Shown here in pieces: positions 18,957-27,917 of a stretch of DNA of 64,000 nt. Numbering within the stretch: position 1 is the first letter of the stretch; each line of letters opens with the position of its first letter. The notes under the pieces were generated by a model, which worked only from the letters and a program-made list of their open reading frames with translations, had not been told where the DNA came from and did not search any database. Origin of the DNA: an uncultured bacterium (GTDB taxonomy: Bacteria; Chlamydiota; Chlamydiia; Chlamydiales; 2-12-FULL-49-11). A program made the position numbers and the translations under genes. The DNA is taken from assembly GCA_964350315.1 (NCBI GenBank), contig CAYGJD010000002.1:24157-88156 (forward strand), read 5' to 3'.

Positions 18957-20000
18957 ATGCAAATCATCTTTTCAAAAATCACCCAACCATTTGTAAAAAA
19001 GTGCATTGCACTCGCTAGAAGCATTTTAGAAGACGAGGTTAAAATTATTTTTAGAGGGAATCGCTTTTTTTATGGTGGTTACTACTACTCCTTACATTTT
19101 GTAGCGTTTGAAGGCGGGAAGAAATTAGGGTATTTTGATGCCTCGATAATGGAAATTGGGATCGCCAAGTCGTTAGCATTTGCTGACAATAAGCTTTTAG
19201 AAGACATTCTCAAACATGAAATTGCTCACCTCCTTTGCTTTCTTAAACACGGAAACCTTGAACTTCCGCACGGCGAGGAATTTAAGAATATTTGCAAAAA
19301 ATACAATTGGGAAAGGTCAATTGCAGCTTTTATCCCAGAAAAAGAGGTTGAGGAAAGAAGTAAACGTCTGACAGACAAAATCATTAAACTATTTGATCTA
19401 AGCACAAGCAATAATGTACATGAAGCAAAAGCAGCTCTTGCTAAGGCACGCTCTTTAATGCTCGCTCATGGAATTGACAATTTAGAAGAAGATGACGATC
19501 TTGTTGTCATGCGCGTCATTGAAGAAAAGCGCACAAGTCAAAAGCTTAGAGCAATCTCTGAAATCCTCCGCTCTTTTTTTGTCTATCCGGTGATTAACTG
19601 TGGACGAGGCAAAGTATACCTAGAAATCTTTGGCGAGCGATCTAACGTTGAAATCGGCGAATATCTAGCACATATGCTCGATACTAAATTTGATGAACTG
19701 TGGGAGAAGGAAAGTGGGTTTTCAGGGGTTCGTGCGAAAAGCTCTTTTTTCCAAGGAATCGCTCAAGGATTTCTGCGCGAAATCCACACAAAAGATCAGG
19801 AGCCGGGAATCATTCGAGTGGAGAAAATTTTACGTGAAAACATAAGAATTGCTTATCCGCGACTATCTAAGAGCACATCAACTAGATCTATCGATCTGAG
19901 TGCTTTAAAAAAAGGTGAACGCATCGGATCTGAATTAAAACTTCCCAAAGGAATAAAAAAGTCCAAACTTTTTGGTTTTTTACCTTTACACAAAGGTTAA
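18957..20000 (+). CDS. SprT-like zinc metalloprotease domain fused to DUF2786-type helical domain
   Basis: HEIAHLLCFLKHGNLELPHGEEF (HExxH...HG as in SprT). KIIKLFDLSTSNNVHEAKAALAKARSLMLAHGI resembles the recalled DUF2786 signature. Confidence 0.6.
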   Translation: MQIIFSKITQPFVKKCIALARSILEDEVKIIFRGNRFFYGGYYYSLHFVAFEGGKKLGYFDASIMEIGIAKSLAFADNKLLEDILKHEIAHLLCFLKHGNLELPHGEEFKNICKKYNWERSIAAFIPEKEVEERSKRLTDKIIKLFDLSTSNNVHEAKAALAKARSLMLAHGIDNLEEDDDLVVMRVIEEKRTSQKLRAISEILRSFFVYPVINCGRGKVYLEIFGERSNVEIGEYLAHMLDTKFDELWEKESGFSGVRAKSSFFQGIAQGFLREIHTKDQEPGIIRVEKILRENIRIAYPRLSKSTSTRSIDLSALKKGERIGSELKLPKGIKKSKLFGFLPLHKG

Positions 20001-20020
20001 GCTCGCTAGTGTAGAGATCT

Positions 20021-20635
20021 ATGGGAAAGACTCTACTAAGAGGCGTCATTGGATTGGCGCCGATCATAATTTGCGTTGTATTAATAGGTTGGATAGTAAG
20101 ACAACTAGATACTATCTTTGGAGAACCGATCGTTTGGATCTTCGGAGAAAAGGCAAATTTCCCAGGCGTTGGGCTTATCGTTGGCCTTGTTGTCTTATAC
20201 CTCTTTGGTTTAATCCTTAGCAACTGGATGATTCAACACCTCTATAACTGGCTCGAAAAAATTCTTAAACGTATTCCCCTTCTAAAAACAATCTACACAT
20301 CAGTTACAGATTTAATGAGTTTTTTTAATACCGGAGAAAAAAAGGAAAAGGGAAGCTGCGTTATCGTTGAATATAACGGAGTTAAGATGCTTGGACTTGT
20401 GACGCGAGAAACTTTTGCTGATCTTCCTGAAGGGATTGGAACAGATGATGATATCGCCGTCTTTTTTCCATTCAGTTACCAAATTGGTGGGCTTACAATT
20501 ATTGTACCTAAATCGAGCGTAAAACCAGTTGACCTTACAATTGAAAAAGGTCTTCGTTTTGCAATTACAGCTGGTAGTCCATCAGCAGACAAATCGACCT
20601 TTAAGCCTAAGAAAGAGTTCAAAAAGGCAGAATAG
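20021..20635 (+). CDS. DUF502-family membrane protein
   Basis: 204 aa with two N-terminal TM segments and a conserved-looking LKRIPLLKTIYTSV region. 20 nt after the SprT-like gene. Confidence 0.65.
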   Translation: MGKTLLRGVIGLAPIIICVVLIGWIVRQLDTIFGEPIVWIFGEKANFPGVGLIVGLVVLYLFGLILSNWMIQHLYNWLEKILKRIPLLKTIYTSVTDLMSFFNTGEKKEKGSCVIVEYNGVKMLGLVTRETFADLPEGIGTDDDIAVFFPFSYQIGGLTIIVPKSSVKPVDLTIEKGLRFAITAGSPSADKSTFKPKKEFKKAE

Positions 20636-20669
20636 CTGCACTTTTTACATACTTTTATTAGGAATAATC

Positions 20670-21485
20670 TCATTTAGTAATCTCGTTTTCAGCCCAAACT
20701 TCTAAACGCTTAACGTACAGATCTGATGAGTGGTCTTTTGCTTCGCGCACAAGGCTCAAAAGCCGTGAGATTGAAGGGCTGTAAATCAGTTTTAAAATTC
20801 CAGATATAGACACCTGGCTTAACAATCGAAAAATATTTCTTTTACGTCCGTAGTTAACCGTAACTTTTCCCTTGTTGTTGATGTAATGCATTTTACCAGA
20901 ATGATAAAAAAAAGGTGGCAATGGCACATTAGTTACAGGATCATGGTTATTTACCCAGCGATGGTGCGTGAGTTTTTTATTGAATTCATTCATATAGGTT
21001 CGATTTCCAACACGTGGACTTCCATAGGTGAACACTGCAACTGGATTTTGAATTTCTGCCTCCATCACACAATAATGTGCCAATAAGATCGCTATTGCAC
21101 TACCTAAACTATGACCGGCGAACCACAGGGTTTTATTAGGAGAATTTTTCAACTTTTCAAGAACGAACGGCCGCACATCATCGGCATAAGATTTGAATCC
21201 ATGATGGACTTTACCTTTATTACCAGGAAATGGATCCAATACAATACCGAGATCTGCTTGAATGTCATGCCATTGCGTAACCTCGGTACCGCGACATAAT
21301 ACGACAATATCTGTATCGTTTTGTATGACATAGACATCAGCTCCTTTGTTGGAATAGTAGGCTGTGTCAGAAAATCCCTCTTCTTTGAATAACTTGACTG
21401 CGACATCAGGTGATTTATAAGCCTGATTACTCAGTTTTGCAAATAATGCACTCTGTTGTGCAAATGACATATCCTTTATCATCAT
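20670..21485 (-). CDS. Class 3 (fungal-type) lipase, alpha/beta hydrolase
   Basis: GHSLGSAIA nucleophile elbow, preceding VVLCRGTE and downstream YGSPRVGN, typical of Lipase_3. Start set at the ATG 7 nt after GGGAGG. Confidence 0.75.
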   Translation of the reverse strand: MMIKDMSFAQQSALFAKLSNQAYKSPDVAVKLFKEEGFSDTAYYSNKGADVYVIQNDTDIVVLCRGTEVTQWHDIQADLGIVLDPFPGNKGKVHHGFKSYADDVRPFVLEKLKNSPNKTLWFAGHSLGSAIAILLAHYCVMEAEIQNPVAVFTYGSPRVGNRTYMNEFNKKLTHHRWVNNHDPVTNVPLPPFFYHSGKMHYINNKGKVTVNYGRKRNIFRLLSQVSISGILKLIYSPSISRLLSLVREAKDHSSDLYVKRLEVWAENEITK

Positions 21486-21581
21486 AACAAGGCCTCCCAA
21501 TCACTTTTTTATTCAAATGATGCCTGTCATTGCACCGAATGATCCTAACAAACTAAATCACGTCACTTTAAACTTAAAAGA

Positions 21582-22052
21582 CTATGTCTCTTTAAACAAT
21601 ACCATCGTATTTGGAATCTTACTCAACGATACCTTCTCAAAAAGGAAACACTTCGGAGTCAATCCACCAAAATAAGGACCAAAATAAAGATCCAAATAGT
21701 ATGTGTTCTTATCTGACATCTTATGGTTTTCAACAAGATGCCTTTGCATTGTTAAACTCTTCTTTTGTTCCCCAAGCAAAACTAAATAAGGAGACTTTTT
21801 CAACTTCGCAAGCAAGTAGTAGTAATCTAACTGATCAGAAGGGACATAGTTTAGACCACTTTTATAATCAACATAGAGAAAGGCTGGTTTTACGATATGC
21901 AAGCTTTCAGCAGCATCGCCATATAAAACCGAATGCTTCTCCTCTTCACTAAGACCTGGATCTCGATCTAACGGAATCCAAGTTTCAAGCTTTGATGTCG
22001 GCTTTGCAAACTTATCCAGCTTTTCTTCAAACTGAAACTTAAAATCATGCAT
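21582..22052 (-). CDS. Hypothetical protein
   Basis: 156-aa ORF. No family recognised. Confidence 0.5.
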   Translation of the reverse strand: MHDFKFQFEEKLDKFAKPTSKLETWIPLDRDPGLSEEEKHSVLYGDAAESLHIVKPAFLYVDYKSGLNYVPSDQLDYYYLLAKLKKSPYLVLLGEQKKSLTMQRHLVENHKMSDKNTYYLDLYFGPYFGGLTPKCFLFEKVSLSKIPNTMVLFKET

Positions 22053-22091
22053 ATAAAAACCTAACTATTATGTATTAATATAAAATGCGTC

Positions 22092-22706
22092 TTATTTATT
22101 TTTTTTCGCTTTCAGTCTTTCTTGGATAATTTTTTTCTTTTTTGCTTGATAATCAACCTCTGCATTCATCCACATTTGCATTTTTTGTTGTTTAGTCTTT
22201 TTTGCTGATTTAGCAGCCAACTTTGCCAGCTTCGCTTTCACTTTTAAGCCTTTCTTAATCTCACGTCTTTTGCTCGCAGCCTTACCTTTCACTGTTGCAA
22301 ACACATACTCTGCTTCTTCGGGTGATCGAGCAATTTCTAAAGCATCAATTACTGCACTTGTGTGATTGCCAGAAGCACTTGAAAGCACCTCTAACAATGC
22401 CTCCATCTCAGCTTTTCTGCTCATAAAATCTGTGGAAGCAGCTTTATATTTCTGATCTATAAACTTTCGATGCTGTATCAACTCTTTCTTGTTCTGTTTA
22501 TTCAATTGCTCTTTAAATTTCGAAATTTGGTCAGCCCCCTTCTTATTTTTCACAAAGACATTCCTCAATTTATCAATAAAAGCGACTCTTCTCTTTTTTT
22601 TACTTACTTGTTTCGGTTTATCAGCTACAAATTCACGTCGAGTCAGCTTTTTAGAAGAGCGTTTTTTAGCTACCTTCTTTGCCGCTTTTCTTGCTTTTTT
22701 TGCCAT
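22092..22706 (-). CDS. Lysine-rich basic protein with histone H1-like termini
   Basis: About 204 aa. N-terminus AKKARKAAKKVAKKRSSKK and C-terminus KVKAKLAKLAAKSAKKTKQ flank a helical core. ATG 6 nt after GGAG. Confidence 0.6.
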   Translation of the reverse strand: MAKKARKAAKKVAKKRSSKKLTRREFVADKPKQVSKKKRRVAFIDKLRNVFVKNKKGADQISKFKEQLNKQNKKELIQHRKFIDQKYKAASTDFMSRKAEMEALLEVLSSASGNHTSAVIDALEIARSPEEAEYVFATVKGKAASKRREIKKGLKVKAKLAKLAAKSAKKTKQQKMQMWMNAEVDYQAKKKKIIQERLKAKKNK

Positions 22707-22820
22707 CACACACTCTCCGTATTATTATTTTCCTTTCTATTATTATACTTCTTGCGGCAGTGGCCACCTTAAGTGACCTAGCCTATGCTTTCATGAAACC
22801 TCACAAAACGCATAAAATTT

Positions 22821-23093
22821 TTATTTTTTCTTTCTTCTAACGACTTTATTACTTTTTTTGCTTTTTGCTCTCTCAGCCTTTAGAAGTTTTTCAACCTTCA
22901 CTCTACGTGTTTTTTCACTGGCGACTTGTGCTTTACTTGAGCTTGTGACTTTTACGAGCTGTGTTCCTACATCTTTCATTCTTTTAACCAACTTTTTCAC
23001 TGCTGCATCGAATTTTGTTGCATTCATAGCTATTGCTTTTCTAGCCACTGGTTTTCTAACGGCTCTTTTCTTGTTTGCTTTTTTCTTCGCCAT
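22821..23093 (-). CDS. Small lysine/arginine-rich histone-like protein
   Basis: 90 aa, strongly basic at both ends (AKKKANKKRAVRKPVARK ... KSKKSNKVVRRKKK). Confidence 0.6.
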   Translation of the reverse strand: MAKKKANKKRAVRKPVARKAIAMNATKFDAAVKKLVKRMKDVGTQLVKVTSSSKAQVASEKTRRVKVEKLLKAERAKSKKSNKVVRRKKK

Positions 23094-23274
23094 TTTAATC
23101 TCCTTTTATGTGTTTTTGTTTTTTTATTTAATTATACCGAGTGACATTGTTTCACATCTAAGCGGTTTGATTTCAGTGACGTTAAGTTTTTGGCGGTGAA
23201 AGTGTCTTAATTTTTTCTATAGAAATAAAAACTTGGTGCTGTTAGGGTTAACACCTTTTTTTTATGAGGTGTTT

Positions 23275-25104
23275 ATGAGAAAGCATGTATGTTACTTATT
23301 TATTTTAATCAGTGGTTTTCATTCTCCTTGTTGGAGTGATTCGCATAAGAGCGCAAAGGTATTGCGTGCAGAAAAAATTCTGTCAAAACTGGATGTAAAG
23401 GCCGAAGAATTTATAGAACTTTTAAATGTTCCAGGAGCTGCAATCGGCGTTGTTGTTGATGGTGAAATCGTATATGCGAAGTCTTTTGGTGCAAGAAACA
23501 TCGCAGAAAGTCTTCCTGTCACATCTAAAACTCTTTTCCCTATTGGCTCTGCAACTAAAGCGTTTACGTCATTTTTAATTGGTCAACTACAAGATGAGGG
23601 ATTTTTGCATTGGGATGATCCTATTGCAGAATACATTCCTGGATTTAAGTTAATAAATCCATTCACAACCTATGAAATGACAATCCGTGACAATTTAACA
23701 CATGTAAATGGTTATTCGCGCAATGATGCTGCTTGGTTTGGGGCGAAAATCCCTCGAGATGAGATGATTAGGCGAATGAGATATTTTGAACCTGCTTTTG
23801 GTTTCAGAGAACGTTTTTGCTATGGGAATTATGGTTATTTGTTAGCTGGTCATGCTGCAGAAAAAGTAACAAATAAGAGTTGGGAAGATCTTTTAGATGA
23901 ATACATTTTCAACCCAATTGGAATGACACACACAACAGGAGATCAAAAGGTCTTTCTAGAAAGTAAAGACCGTTCTCTTGGGTATCGAGAAACTGAAATT
24001 GGCCTGAGTGCCACACATCTTATTGACGCATATACAATTGGACCTGCCGCATCCCTACATTCAAACCTCGATGACATGTTAGAATGGGTGAAGCTTCTCA
24101 CAAAAAAGGGAGATCGCTTAATTCAAAGAGAAACGTTCAATGAGATCATTAAACCCCAGGTTATCTCAAATATCATCCTCAACGGCCGATGGGGAATTGA
24201 AGACCTTATCATGATGGAAACATATGGGCTTGGTTGGTTTGTCATTTCCTATAGACACCATGAAGCAATATTTCATGGCGGAAATATTGAAGGGTTTAGC
24301 TCAAGCGTATTATTCTTTCCAAATGAAAATTTTGGCCTTGTAGTTCTAACAAACAAAAACTACACCCCCCTACCGCACATTTTAGGCTGTGAAGTTGCAG
24401 ACACCCTGCTTGGCATTACTCCCATAGACTGGGTTGAGCGCTTAAAACAATTCAAAGATTACGATGCTGAATTCTACTTCAAAGATTCAGATGCGAAAAA
24501 AGCAGGCCAAGTTGAAGGAACAACTCCCTCACACCCAATGCGAGATTTTACCGGGTTATATGAAAATCCTGGATATGGAACAATTGAATTTAAGCTAAAA
24601 GATGATCGATTAGAGGCTAGATATAACAACACTCGGCTTGTGTTCGATCATTGGCATTACGACACTTTTGAGATTTCTAAAGATACAAACATTCCAGATA
24701 TCACCTCATTAAAAGCCTCTTTTAGACACAATTTTTTTGGTGATGTTGACTCAGTTGTTATACCTTTTGAACCATTGGTTAATGATATCGTATTTAAGAA
24801 AAAGAAAGAAGATAAGCTCTTTGAGAAGGACTATCTGAATAACTTTTTAGGAACATTTAAATACCTTGGTTTTTCCTTCATTGTATCAATGGAAAAAAAC
24901 AGCTTAGTAGTTCGCGCGCTGGGACAACCACCTTTTATCCTAATACCAGAAAAAGATGGACTTTTTTCCGTTGTTGATTACGAAGGGTACACAGTCCAGT
25001 TCCTTGTTGATGATGATGATGCGATTACAGCAGTTCAACTCATCCAACCAAATAACACCACCTATACAGCCTATAAAGAAGTCACAATAGATGTAAATGA
25101 TTAG
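23275..25104 (+). CDS. Secreted serine hydrolase of the class C beta-lactamase / penicillin-binding family with C-terminal extension
   Basis: SxxK motif in PIGSATKAFTS plus a YGNYGY region. Signal-like N-terminus MRKHVCYLFILISGF. ATG 5 nt after GAGG. Confidence 0.75.
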   Translation: MRKHVCYLFILISGFHSPCWSDSHKSAKVLRAEKILSKLDVKAEEFIELLNVPGAAIGVVVDGEIVYAKSFGARNIAESLPVTSKTLFPIGSATKAFTSFLIGQLQDEGFLHWDDPIAEYIPGFKLINPFTTYEMTIRDNLTHVNGYSRNDAAWFGAKIPRDEMIRRMRYFEPAFGFRERFCYGNYGYLLAGHAAEKVTNKSWEDLLDEYIFNPIGMTHTTGDQKVFLESKDRSLGYRETEIGLSATHLIDAYTIGPAASLHSNLDDMLEWVKLLTKKGDRLIQRETFNEIIKPQVISNIILNGRWGIEDLIMMETYGLGWFVISYRHHEAIFHGGNIEGFSSSVLFFPNENFGLVVLTNKNYTPLPHILGCEVADTLLGITPIDWVERLKQFKDYDAEFYFKDSDAKKAGQVEGTTPSHPMRDFTGLYENPGYGTIEFKLKDDRLEARYNNTRLVFDHWHYDTFEISKDTNIPDITSLKASFRHNFFGDVDSVVIPFEPLVNDIVFKKKKEDKLFEKDYLNNFLGTFKYLGFSFIVSMEKNSLVVRALGQPPFILIPEKDGLFSVVDYEGYTVQFLVDDDDAITAVQLIQPNNTTYTAYKEVTIDVND

Positions 25105-25142
25105 AGAGAAACTTGTTTTTGACAAAGGGTAAGACTCTCGGA

Positions 25143-25174
25143 GACGTCACCAATGTTTGGTGGCGTCTTTTTTT
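25143..25174 (+). terminator. Rho-independent terminator
   Basis: 10-bp stem gacgtcacca/tggtggcgtc followed by TTTTTTT. The single non-Watson-Crick pair is G-U only in the plus-strand RNA. Confidence 0.7.
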
Positions 25175-25182
25175 ACACAATA

Positions 25183-25692
25183 CTACTTTTCCTCTTTATC
25201 AAACTTCTTCGACTTTAGTCCTTTAATATATGCTTTTTTTATTTCTTGAAGACCTTTTACCATGTCTGGTTCTTGCTTTTTTAGATGTTCAAAAGCTTCC
25301 TGAAGAGATCCTTCAACAACTGCTATTGCTATGACCATTTTTATAACAGGTGTTTTTTTAATTAAAGGCGCGAGTGTCTTTATTTGATCATTTGAATTAC
25401 TCACCTCTTCTAAAGCATCTTTCAGCGCTAATAATTCTTCATCTGATATATTCAAAATGGCATTTTTGTTTTCTTCAACCTTGGTCTCAACTAACTTACT
25501 TTGACCTTTTAAAACCTTCTCATAAACTTCTGCTTCTATTTCAAGGATCTCCACAAGAAGAGTATGCTCAGCAAGATTTAAATCATTAATCTCTTTTGCC
25601 AAGCTTTCAGCCTTCTTTTTTGCCTCCTTAAGAGTCAATTTAACATTGATATAATCCTTTTCAATATCATGAGAATGTGGAATGCCTGACAT
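25183..25692 (-). CDS. Coiled-coil hypothetical protein
   Basis: 169-aa Glu/Lys-rich helical ORF. No family recognised. Confidence 0.5.
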   Translation of the reverse strand: MSGIPHSHDIEKDYINVKLTLKEAKKKAESLAKEINDLNLAEHTLLVEILEIEAEVYEKVLKGQSKLVETKVEENKNAILNISDEELLALKDALEEVSNSNDQIKTLAPLIKKTPVIKMVIAIAVVEGSLQEAFEHLKKQEPDMVKGLQEIKKAYIKGLKSKKFDKEEK

Positions 25693-25790
25693 ATGTACTC
25701 CCTAAAATCTTATTTCCTTATTACAAATTTTAACGTACTCCCTCAATTTGCGCTTAACCCGCTAACTCACAGAAGAATGAACATCTTCGC

Positions 25791-25819
25791 TTGACGAGCA
25801 GTTTTTTTGGGAGTATAAC
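25791..25819 (+). promoter_or_regulatory. Sigma-70-like promoter (TTGACG-17 nt-TATAAC)
   Basis: -35 at 25791-25796 and -10 at 25814-25819 with an exact 17-nt spacer. The -10 directly abuts the annotated GTG. Confidence 0.45.
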
Positions 25820-26707
25820 GTGGATATGAAGCTTAATATTGTTATTCTTGCTGGTGGGGAGGGAAAAAGGCTATGGCCTTTAGTCCATGAGGATATGCCT
25901 AAACCATTACTTAAACTAAGAAACGACAAGACGCTTCTTGAAGAGACCGTTGATCGGTTTTCATCTCTTGGCAACATCTTTGTTGTGATGACAAAAAAAC
26001 AGATCGAGATGACAAAGAAGATCCTTCCAAAGGGATCGGTTGAATATATTGAAGAGACATCTCCTTCTGGTACAAGCGTTGCTATGCGGCTTGCGGCAGA
26101 GCAATTTCTTGGGAAGGAACTTTTGCTTTTTACTCCTGCAGACCAACTTATCAATCAGGTAGAAAACCTTCACTACTCAATTACACTTGGTAAAAATTTA
26201 GCAAGCAAAGGGCAAATTGTTCTTTTTGGCACAAAACCAACTTTCCCAGACATCCATCTAGGTTACTTTCGTACATCATCAAACAACTCTGTCGACGAAT
26301 TCATAGAAAAGCCTGATAAAGAATCTGCAATTGAATTGATTAATGAGCCAAATGTCTTTTGGCATATGGGAATCACCCTTATGCGCGCTGATACTTTAAT
26401 CTCTGCTTGGGAAAACCATTTTGATCCCAATATGAGATCTTTTGAGCACAGCATTTTAATGCGAGCACCGAATGTTAGTGCATTTTCTGTTGACTCGACC
26501 TTCAAGGATCTTGGAAATTTTGAATCAATCGAACCCTATTTAAAAAAAAGTGAGAACGTTAAAACACTAGATGTCAATCACTCTATCATCTACTCTGATG
26601 ACTTGCCCATCAAAGCTATTGGACTTGATGAAATGGTTGTGATTGCAACAAAAAATGGCATTCTTGTCACAAAGCGCGACTCATCACAGAAGCTACAAAG
26701 TCTCTAA
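25820..26707 (+). CDS. Sugar-phosphate nucleotidyltransferase (mannose-1-phosphate guanylyltransferase-like)
   Basis: N-terminal IVILAGGEGKRLWPL signature. The start could be GTG 25820 or ATG 25826. Confidence 0.7.
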   Translation: MDMKLNIVILAGGEGKRLWPLVHEDMPKPLLKLRNDKTLLEETVDRFSSLGNIFVVMTKKQIEMTKKILPKGSVEYIEETSPSGTSVAMRLAAEQFLGKELLLFTPADQLINQVENLHYSITLGKNLASKGQIVLFGTKPTFPDIHLGYFRTSSNNSVDEFIEKPDKESAIELINEPNVFWHMGITLMRADTLISAWENHFDPNMRSFEHSILMRAPNVSAFSVDSTFKDLGNFESIEPYLKKSENVKTLDVNHSIIYSDDLPIKAIGLDEMVVIATKNGILVTKRDSSQKLQSL

Positions 26708-26778
26708 AAAATTTATAAAAGTTTAACGTATTAAAATCCTCGATTTACTATAGTGAGTCAACAAAGTAGGATTTCACA

Positions 26779-27915
26779 GTGAAGAAGCGTTGGATTTTCG
26801 GATCCCTTGGTATCATATTTGTCATATTTTTTTCTTTTCTTTCAAAGATCCGCAGCTACAACAACGTCTCAAACAAAAAAGAAGAAAGAACCTACCGAAT
26901 CCTTGTTACTCACAGAAAAGGATTAGGTGAACGAGAGATGGCTGAAAGAATAAGAAAAACTGCTATCGATCTTGATGTTGATTGTACTGTTCTTACACTA
27001 ACTCGCATTTCAAAGTTTCGCTCGATTGCAAAAAGACTTACCCACCTCTTTGTAGATTCTTACAGTCCTGACATTGTTATTGCACTTGAAGGAGGAAAAC
27101 ATGAGTTTTCAAAGGCAAGAAAATATGCTGCCTTAACTCACGGCAGTGACTACTACTTCTCACAACACGCTAAACTTCCCTTTGCCAAAGTATCACATTA
27201 TGATGGATTTTTAGTCGGTTTTCCAGACAGAGGGACTCTTAAAACTTACTATTCTTGTTCTGAAAAAAACTGCAACTATATGAACTGGTTCTCAACTTGT
27301 CAAAATACAAGCTTTAACCCTCCCAAGAATTTAAATCTTTTTTATTGTGGCTCTAATATGGCCGGGACAAGTGCGGGACCTGATTTTATGGTCTTGTTTT
27401 CCATGTTAGATCAACAAGGATATTTGAATGTCTATGGTGGTAAATCTCAGTGGCATCATACTCCAAACTCTTATCGCGGATATATAAAACATGATGGAAA
27501 TAGCATTATCCAAACGATTAACCAAACTGGTATTGCTCTTGTTTTACATGCTCCAGATCACTTTCAAGGCGGAACTCCAACGGGTAAAATTTTTGAAGCA
27601 GCAGCAGCATCATCTATAATTATCTCAGATAGACACCCGTTCATAACGAAATACTTTGGCGACACTGTTTTATATGTTGATCGTGGACCTGGTAAAGAGA
27701 TGTTTGATCAAATCAATGAACACGTTGAATGGATTCGAAGTCACCCTGAAGAAGCGACTGCACTTGCAAAACGCTCCCATGAAATCTTTGTAAATCAATT
27801 TACACTGGAAGACCAGCTAAAGAATTTGATCTCTCTTCATGAGAATTTAAGTGAATGTAAAATTGATGTAAAAACACCACACGAAAAGGCCCCTGATTTC
27901 TCAGAGGCCTTATAA
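26779..27915 (+). CDS. Membrane-anchored protein with glycosyltransferase group 1-like C-terminal domain
   Basis: N-terminal TM segment (IFGSLGIIFVIFFSFL). C-terminal GTPTGKIFEAAAASSIIISD resembles the GT-B EX7E region. GTG start. Confidence 0.4.
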   Translation: MKKRWIFGSLGIIFVIFFSFLSKIRSYNNVSNKKEERTYRILVTHRKGLGEREMAERIRKTAIDLDVDCTVLTLTRISKFRSIAKRLTHLFVDSYSPDIVIALEGGKHEFSKARKYAALTHGSDYYFSQHAKLPFAKVSHYDGFLVGFPDRGTLKTYYSCSEKNCNYMNWFSTCQNTSFNPPKNLNLFYCGSNMAGTSAGPDFMVLFSMLDQQGYLNVYGGKSQWHHTPNSYRGYIKHDGNSIIQTINQTGIALVLHAPDHFQGGTPTGKIFEAAAASSIIISDRHPFITKYFGDTVLYVDRGPGKEMFDQINEHVEWIRSHPEEATALAKRSHEIFVNQFTLEDQLKNLISLHENLSECKIDVKTPHEKAPDFSEAL

Positions 27916-27917
27916 AA

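Noticed and set aside
22710-22820. Possible sigma-28 type late promoter (TAAGG...GCCGCAAG) upstream of the 204-aa histone-like gene, by analogy with chlamydial hctB
   Set aside because: The two elements are about 13 nt apart from start to start, against about 19-20 in the recalled TAAAGTTT-N11-GCCGATAA consensus. The match is also weak. A TATAAT with a poor -35 is present instead.
22470-23199. Plus-strand Phe/Leu-rich ORFs (95-113 aa) that look like membrane proteins
   Set aside because: They are antisense to the lysine-rich genes, where AAA/AAG codons read as TTT/CTT on the other strand. This is a compositional artefact.
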